This document shows, piece by piece, positions 26,741 to 32,000 of a stretch of 32,000 bases of DNA. Location: NCBI RefSeq assembly GCF_001598795.1, contig NZ_BCZP01000013.1, positions 60,001-92,000 of the forward strand, written 5' to 3'. Position numbers and translations under genes: made by a program. Position 1 is the first letter of the stretch. Each line of letters starts with the position of its first letter. Source of the stretch: Delftia acidovorans NBRC 14950. GTDB taxonomy: Bacteria; Pseudomonadota; Gammaproteobacteria; Burkholderiales; Burkholderiaceae_C. The notes under the pieces were generated by a model that ran no database searches, was not told the origin of the DNA, and worked only from the letters and a program-made list of their open reading frames with translations.

Positions 26741-26760
26741 ATCTAGGACTATTCCTAGAT
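26741..26760. promoter_or_regulatory. Perfect 8-bp inverted repeat with 4-bp spacer (ATCTAGGA ctat TCCTAGAT) at the edge of the AT-rich fimbrial upstream region
   Basis: I read it directly from the sequence. A related half-site, CCTAGAAT, recurs at 26811-26818. It lies about 440 nt upstream of the fimbrial major-subunit ATG. This geometry is typical of a dimeric DNA-binding protein operator. Confidence 0.3.
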
Positions 26761-27200
26761 CAAGCATCAATTATCAGAATGCGCCCTATTTCATATAGTG
26801 GCGGTGCACACCTAGAATCCATCACATACCCAAAGAACAGGTTTTTGTTTCGCCTTTTTCTTTGACAGATTCTCTCCTGCATCCCATCCGCGCCATTGGG
26901 CACTGGTGTATTTGAACAATTCAACTTCAAACATGCCAGAGAAACAAACCTCGCCCATCCCTCGCCAACGCTCCCTCATCCGAACAATTTCTCCATGTCA
27001 GCGCCACCACCTATTCCAGCATGATCGCACCCCCTGCAAATCCTTGACCATGCTGACAGTTACCAACCATTGGATTGATGAGGTGAACATGGAACACTGA
27101 TGATTTATTAACCACTCAACCATTCACACACTCTCTTATTCCATCAGCGCATTCATCGCTGCTGGAATTTTATTTATCTCTTCAACTCGAGGGAATACCC

Positions 27201-27788
27201 ATGAAAAAGATCGCATTGCTGACATCGGTTGCCGGCCTGGTCATGATGGCCATGAACACCGCTCAAGCAGCAGACGGCACCATCAACTTCACGGGCGAGG
27301 TGGTCACCACCACCTGCAAGGTGGACACCACGGTCGCCGGCGCCGCCAAGGACGGCGTGAAGCTGCCCAACGTGGCGAACAACCAGCTGGCCACCGTGGG
27401 TGCCACGGTCGGCCGCCAGGCGTTCTCGCTGGAACTCAGCGGCTGTGAGCTGGCCACCGCCACCTCCACAGCGCCCGTCTCCAAGGTCGCCGTGTTCTTC
27501 GAAGCCGGCCCCAACGTGGACCTGGTCACCGGCATGCTCAAGCCCGCAGCGGCCAGCGGTACTGGTGCGCCCACCGTGGCCTCCGGTGTCCAGATCGCCA
27601 TCGTGGATCCCAGCAACAACGAGCGCCTAAAGATCGGTTCCGCCCAATCGCGCTTTGTGGACATCGACAACAAGGTCGGTGGCAATGGCCGGGCCATCAT
27701 GCGTTTCGCCTCCGAATACGTGGCCACCGGCCCCGTGACCGCAGGCCGTACCGACACCTCGGTGACCTACTCGCTGGTCTATCAGTAA
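27201..27788 (+). CDS. Type 1 (chaperone-usher) fimbrial major subunit
   Basis: 195 aa. The signal peptide is MKKIALLTSVAGLVMMAMNTAQA. The mature N-terminus ADGTINFTGEVVTTTCKV and the Cys pair (TTC...SGCEL) are typical of the FimA family, as is the C-terminal beta-strand ending YSLVYQ. Confidence 0.9.
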   Translation: MKKIALLTSVAGLVMMAMNTAQAADGTINFTGEVVTTTCKVDTTVAGAAKDGVKLPNVANNQLATVGATVGRQAFSLELSGCELATATSTAPVSKVAVFFEAGPNVDLVTGMLKPAAASGTGAPTVASGVQIAIVDPSNNERLKIGSAQSRFVDIDNKVGGNGRAIMRFASEYVATGPVTAGRTDTSVTYSLVYQ

Positions 27789-27801
27789 TCACTGACTTTC
27801 A

Positions 27802-27835
27802 GGCATATCGGCCGCCTTGCGGTGGTCGATATGCC
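27802..27835 (+). terminator. Strong stem-loop after the fimbrial major-subunit gene (attenuator / partial terminator)
   Basis: GGCATATCGGCCGCC TTGC GGTGGTCGATATGCC forms a 15-bp stem with two G-U pairs. It is followed by the T-rich GTGTCTTCTGCTTTCTT. Its position between the subunit and chaperone genes is the classic site for stoichiometry control in fim/pap operons. Confidence 0.6.
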
Positions 27836-27901
27836 GTGTCTTCTGCTTTCTTGACATGGGCCCGGCCCCATTCTTTCGCTCAAAACCCAGAGAGTTCTCC
27901 G

Positions 27902-28663
27902 ATGCTGACGATCAAACGTTCATATGGGCTTGCTGCCATCCTGTTGTCCCTTCTTCTTGGAACGGCGGCACAGGCCAGCGTGACATTGACGGGCACGCGC
28001 ATCATCTTCCCCAGTGGCGAGAAGGAAGCCACCATCCAGCTCACCAACGAAGGCAGCAAACCTGCCCTGGTGCAGGCCTGGCTGGACAAGGGCAACAACC
28101 AGGAATCGCCTGAGAACATCGACGTTCCCTTCGTCATCACGCCCACCATCATGCGCATCGAGGCGGGCAAGACCCAGACGTTGCGCATCATCTATTCGGG
28201 CGAAGCACTGCCTGCTGACAAGGAATCCCTGTTCTGGCTCAACGTGCTGGACGTCCCGCCCAAGGCGAAAATGGAAGGCGACTCCAACAATCTCCAGTTC
28301 GCCTTTCGCACTCGCGTCAAGCTCATGTACCGGCCCGGCAATCTGCCCGGCAATGCCCAGGAGGCTCCTGCCCTGCTTCAATGGTCGGCAGGCGTTGACG
28401 CCAAAAACCAGCCTGTGTTGAACGCACGCAATCCCAGCGCCTTTGTGGTCAATGTGGCTGGCGTTGAAGTGCAGCTCAACGGTAAATCCTTCGAGGCAGG
28501 TGTCGGGCCCGTTCTTCCCGGCCAGGTGGCCACCTTCCCAATCAAGGAACCTGCGGGTGCCAATATGGCTGGTGCGACCGGTGCCACGGTGATGTTCAGC
28601 AGCATCAATGATTGGGGCGCCAGTCTCAACCACGAAGCCATAATTGGCAATTCCGCCCAATAA
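27902..28663 (+). CDS. Periplasmic fimbrial chaperone (PapD/FimC family)
   Basis: 253 aa from the ATG at 27902. The signal peptide is MLTIKRSYGLAAILLSLLLGTAAQA. It contains GTRIIFPSGEKEATIQLTNEGSKPALVQAWLD and the conserved FWLNVLDVPP...LQFAFRTRVKLMYRP. The track ORF from GTG 27836 would overlap the upstream hairpin. Confidence 0.9.
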   Translation: MLTIKRSYGLAAILLSLLLGTAAQASVTLTGTRIIFPSGEKEATIQLTNEGSKPALVQAWLDKGNNQESPENIDVPFVITPTIMRIEAGKTQTLRIIYSGEALPADKESLFWLNVLDVPPKAKMEGDSNNLQFAFRTRVKLMYRPGNLPGNAQEAPALLQWSAGVDAKNQPVLNARNPSAFVVNVAGVEVQLNGKSFEAGVGPVLPGQVATFPIKEPAGANMAGATGATVMFSSINDWGASLNHEAIIGNSAQ

Positions 28664-28937
28664 ACAGGGCAATGCGAGCAAAGCCACGCGAATCCCCCGT
28701 CCTCTCCGGTCTGATTATCTAACGCCACTGCATTTTCAGCCCGGCCAGCACACCGATACACAGCGTTAATACCCAGCAAAACTGCATCGGTCTCTTTACC
28801 GGGACTGGCACATCGGCCTTGGCCGTTCGCTTTGCATCGGGCGCACAGCATTAGGAGATAAGCAAATGATCAGGCCAGTCTTTCCAGATTCAGAAAAGGG
28901 AATCAAAAGCCGGCATACAAGGCAAAGACAAGGAATA

Positions 28938-31900
28938 ATGCCGGGGCCAGGCCAAGGCCCTGCCGGATATTTCCAACTGAAGCCCGGCCATGCGCTGCTG
29001 CTCTCCGTGCTGGTCTGCTGGCAGTCCGAGGCCCAGCAGGGCCAGCAGGTCAAGGAAGTCACGACCTCCACGTCCACCGGCCAGTGGCAGCCCACGCCGG
29101 CTGCCGTCGACTTCGACCCCAGCTTTCTGAACACCGGCAGGCAGACCATTGACGTCTCGCGCTACTCGCGCGCCAACGTGGTCACGGCAGGCAGCTACAA
29201 CCCAGACATCTACATCAACGGCAACTGGGTTGGCCGCAGCGAAGTGCAGTTCAAGGCACTGGCCGGTTCGCAGGACGCGCTGCCCTGCCTGGATAAAGCA
29301 CTGCTGGAGAAGGTGGGCATCGACCTTTCGCGCCTGCCGCCCGAGGCCGCCTTGAAGCTGGTGGCCGACGGTGGCTGCAACCGTCTGGACCAGATCATCG
29401 CGGGCGCCTTCACCAGTTTCGACTTCGGCAAGCAGCGACTGGACCTGAGCGTGCCCCAGGCCTCGCTGCGCCGCTCGGTGCGTGGCTATGTCAGCCCTGA
29501 CCAATGGAGCGCTGGCGTGCCTGTCGGCCTGCTCGGCTACCAGTTCAACACCTACCACGGGCGCTCCAGCAACGCAGAAAACACCACGCAGAGCTACCTG
29601 GGCCTGAACGGCGGCGTCAACATCGACCGCTGGCATTTCCGGCACAACGGCTCCTTCAGCTGGGCGGACACTGGACGGGGCAACTACCAGAACATCTCCA
29701 CCTACGCACAGCGCGACATTGCCGACTGGTCTTCCCAGCTCATACTGGGCGACACCTACACGGGTGGCGACCTGATGGACTCCACCTCGTTTCGCGGCAT
29801 ACGCTTGAACAGTGACGACCGCATGCTGCCCGACTCCCAGCGCGGCTACGCGCCCGTGGTGCGCGGCGTGGCCAACACCAATGCCCGAGTCACCATCACG
29901 CAGAACGGCATCAAGCTCTACGAAACCACGGTGGCGCCCGGCGCCTTCGTCATCAACGACCTCTATCCCACGGGCTACGGTGGCGACCTGCAAGTCAGCA
30001 TCACCGAGGCCAATGGTGCCGTGCGCAGCTTTGCCGTGCCCTACGCAGCCGTGCCGCTGTCGCTGCGCGAGGGGCAGGACCGCTACAGCCTCACGGCGGG
30101 CGTGGTGCGCCACCTGCCCAATACCTCGCCGCTGTTCTCGCAGGCGACCTGGCAGCACGGCTTCACCAACATGCTGACCGGCTACGGCGGCGTGTCCGTG
30201 GCCAAGGGCCATATCTCGCCCATGATTGGCGCGGCGCTCACCACGCCCTGGGGTGCCTTTGGTGCAGATATCACGCACGCCTCCACCAGCATTCCCAATG
30301 ACGGCTCCTTTTCCGGACAGAGCTTGCGTGCCAGCTACGCCAAGTCCTTTGCGCAGACCGGCACCCACGTGGCCATTGCCGCCTATCGCTACTCCACCAA
30401 CGGATTCTTCGGCCTCAACGACGCCATGCGCGCACGGGATCAGGCCAATCTGCTACGGCCCTCCACGGACCTGTACCGGCCTCGCAACCGCGCCTCCCTG
30501 GTCATGGGCCAGCAGTTTGGCCCCGGGGGAGGCAGCCTCAGCCTCACGGCGTCCACTGCCAAGTACTGGAACCGCCAGGGCTCCAACGTCGACTACGCCA
30601 TTGGCTACAGCAACTCGTTCCGCAACATCTCCTACAACCTCTCTGCGGCGCGCCAGCGCGATGCCTGGGGACAGTCCAACACGTTCCTGCACGTGGGCCT
30701 GTCGATTCCGCTGAGCATGGAGCGCGGCATGATGCTCTCCACCAATACCAACCGCGACTCGCGCGGCCGCGTGCAGGCCCAGGCCAACCTGTCCGGGCTG
30801 CTGGGCGACGACAACGCCATCTCCTACGGCCTCAGCGCCAACCACAACACCGGTGGCATGAATGGCAGCAGCACCAGTGCCAGCGCCAACGCCACCTACC
30901 GCGCATCGCAGACCGAACTCAGCGGCAGCGTCAGCGCCAGCAGCGGCTACCAGCAGTTCTCGGTAGGCGCGCGTGGCGCCATCGTGGCCCACCCGGGCGG
31001 CGTGACGCTGTCGCAATCGGTGTCTGACACCTTTGCCATCGTGGAGGCCAAGAACGCGGAAGGCGCGCGCATCAACAACGCGCCCGGAGTGAAGGTGGAC
31101 AGCCGGGGCTATGCCGTCGTCCCGTATCTGACGCCGTTCTCGATGAACGAGGTCTCCATCGATCCCAAGGGCCTGTCGACGGACGTGGAACTCAAGGAAA
31201 CCAGCCAGCACGTCGCGCCGCTGGCCGGCGCCGTGCCGCTGCTGGTGTTCAAGACAGCCTATGGCCGCTCGGCCGTGATCCGCGCGCGGCAGGCCGGCAA
31301 CATGCCTGTGCCCTTTGGCGCCAGCGTGCTGGACATGGACGGCAAGGAGTTGGGCATGATCGGCCAGGCCGGCAAGCTTCTGGCGCGCGGGCTGTCGGAC
31401 CAGGGCGAACTGCAGGTGCAATGGAAGACCGACACCGGCATGGTGGGCTGCAACCTCTCCTATACCCTTCCTGAAAGAAAGCGCAGCACCACCTACCAGC
31501 CGCCGCAAAGCCTGGAACTGCCCTGCGTGGCCAGCAGCAAGCTGCTGCCTGCGGCCACCGACGTGGCATCGGCCAAGCCGGGCAAGACCGCGACAACCTC
31601 AACCTCAACCGCAACCACCAATGCCAAGACAGCCGTGGCCGGCGCCCCGGCCTCCAACGCGGCGTCGGCCGTGGCTCTGGCCGGCATGACCCAGGAACGC
31701 ACGGCAGCAACGGCACCGGCCACGGTAGTCGCCAGCGCGCCGGCAGTCACTGCGGCTGCAGTGCTGCCCGCTCGTGCCACACAGCCGAGCGACAGCCAGC
31801 AGGCACTGAAGCTGGAGCGCAACCTGGACGGCCTGCGCATGAGCGTCAAGATCAGCGCCTTGCCCACCACGGTGCCAGTCACCAGCAACGCGGGCAGAAC

Positions 31901-32000
31901 TCCCGTGGCGGCAGGGCACGACGCAGGCACCGGCAAGCACAAGCCGCCGCAGCAAACCCTGCGGGCTGACCGTCCGCTGGCCATCCTGCAGCCCAGCTTG
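28938..32000 (+). CDS. Outer-membrane fimbrial usher (FimD/PapC family), 3' end not reached; canonical usher ends near 31529 and is followed by a >=157-aa low-complexity extension
   Basis: It is absent from the ORF track because there is no in-frame stop before the window end. I read frame 0 from the TGA at 28866-28868 and the reading is consistent with the track listing no plus-strand frame-0 ORF there. The first ATG is at 28938, giving 1021 codons. Hand translation gives FDPSFL...DVSRYSRANVV..GSYNPDIYINGNWV, LNSDDRMLPDSQRGYAPVVRGVANTNARVTITQNG, GDLQVSITEANGAVRSFAVPY, YRYSTNGFF, GGVTLSQ, and a C-terminal Cys pair (GCNLSY...ELPCV). Confidence 0.9.
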   Translation, partial: MPGPGQGPAGYFQLKPGHALLLSVLVCWQSEAQQGQQVKEVTTSTSTGQWQPTPAAVDFDPSFLNTGRQTIDVSRYSRANVVTAGSYNPDIYINGNWVGRSEVQFKALAGSQDALPCLDKALLEKVGIDLSRLPPEAALKLVADGGCNRLDQIIAGAFTSFDFGKQRLDLSVPQASLRRSVRGYVSPDQWSAGVPVGLLGYQFNTYHGRSSNAENTTQSYLGLNGGVNIDRWHFRHNGSFSWADTGRGNYQNISTYAQRDIADWSSQLILGDTYTGGDLMDSTSFRGIRLNSDDRMLPDSQRGYAPVVRGVANTNARVTITQNGIKLYETTVAPGAFVINDLYPTGYGGDLQVSITEANGAVRSFAVPYAAVPLSLREGQDRYSLTAGVVRHLPNTSPLFSQATWQHGFTNMLTGYGGVSVAKGHISPMIGAALTTPWGAFGADITHASTSIPNDGSFSGQSLRASYAKSFAQTGTHVAIAAYRYSTNGFFGLNDAMRARDQANLLRPSTDLYRPRNRASLVMGQQFGPGGGSLSLTASTAKYWNRQGSNVDYAIGYSNSFRNISYNLSAARQRDAWGQSNTFLHVGLSIPLSMERGMMLSTNTNRDSRGRVQAQANLSGLLGDDNAISYGLSANHNTGGMNGSSTSASANATYRASQTELSGSVSASSGYQQFSVGARGAIVAHPGGVTLSQSVSDTFAIVEAKNAEGARINNAPGVKVDSRGYAVVPYLTPFSMNEVSIDPKGLSTDVELKETSQHVAPLAGAVPLLVFKTAYGRSAVIRARQAGNMPVPFGASVLDMDGKELGMIGQAGKLLARGLSDQGELQVQWKTDTGMVGCNLSYTLPERKRSTTYQPPQSLELPCVASSKLLPAATDVASAKPGKTATTSTSTATTNAKTAVAGAPASNAASAVALAGMTQERTAATAPATVVASAPAVTAAAVLPARATQPSDSQQALKLERNLDGLRMSVKISALPTTVPVTSNAGRTPVAAGHDAGTGKHKPPQQTLRADRPLAILQPSL

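Noticed and set aside
26906-27100. 64-aa ORF (GTG start) in the AT-rich fimbrial upstream region
   Set aside because: It has no Shine-Dalgarno, a non-ATG start, and no recognisable features. It is more likely non-coding regulatory DNA. A small regulator cannot be fully excluded.
28890-31508. 492-aa (28890-30368) and 351-aa (30453-31508) minus-strand ORFs, the longest listed ORFs in this region
   Set aside because: They are antisense to a plus-strand frame that reads as a full-length FimD/PapC-type usher. That frame is missing from the track only because it lacks a stop codon inside the window.

Overview
This is a high-GC chromosome segment (about 65-73% GC in hand-counted lines). Gene content looks betaproteobacterial, Burkholderiales/Comamonadaceae-like, but that is inference only. 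All family assignments rest on remembered motifs; no database search was possible.

Left part (about 0.4-14.5 kb, minus strand except the plus-strand rlmJ fragment at 2-376):
- rlpA.
- An SAH-riboswitch-controlled methyl-cycle operon: ahcY, a TlyA-like methyltransferase with a large acidic insertion, and metF.
- A complete kdp K+-uptake locus with a non-canonical layout: kdpF, an extra 27-aa membrane micro-ORF, kdpA, kdpC, kdpB (C before B), an embedded Gcw_chp/TIGR02001-type outer-membrane protein, kdpD, kdpE.

Middle (14.6-25.7 kb, plus strand), the most promising candidate for an undescribed system: an envelope-glycan modification locus.
- Two roughly 40%-identical polytopic membrane proteins of a family I do not recognise (possible GT-C).
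- prfC lying between them.
- An AT3 O-acyltransferase.
- An ArnT/PMT_2-like GT-C protein.
- A single ArnE/F-like small flippase.
- A polyprenyl-phosphate-type GT2.
- A 624-aa secreted protein with a glycoside-hydrolase-like motif.
- A marked GC trough (about 40-55%) covers the acyltransferase and the second paralog, starting 12 nt after prfC.

Right end:
- A HAD-IIB hydrolase.
- An AT-rich regulatory gap.
- A chaperone-usher fimbrial operon. Its usher is missing from the ORF track because it has no stop codon in the window, and it carries a low-complexity C-terminal extension of at least 157 aa.

No rRNA, tRNA, CRISPR, transposase or integrase was recognised. Many long ORFs in the track are antisense or out-of-frame shadow ORFs typical of high-GC DNA.
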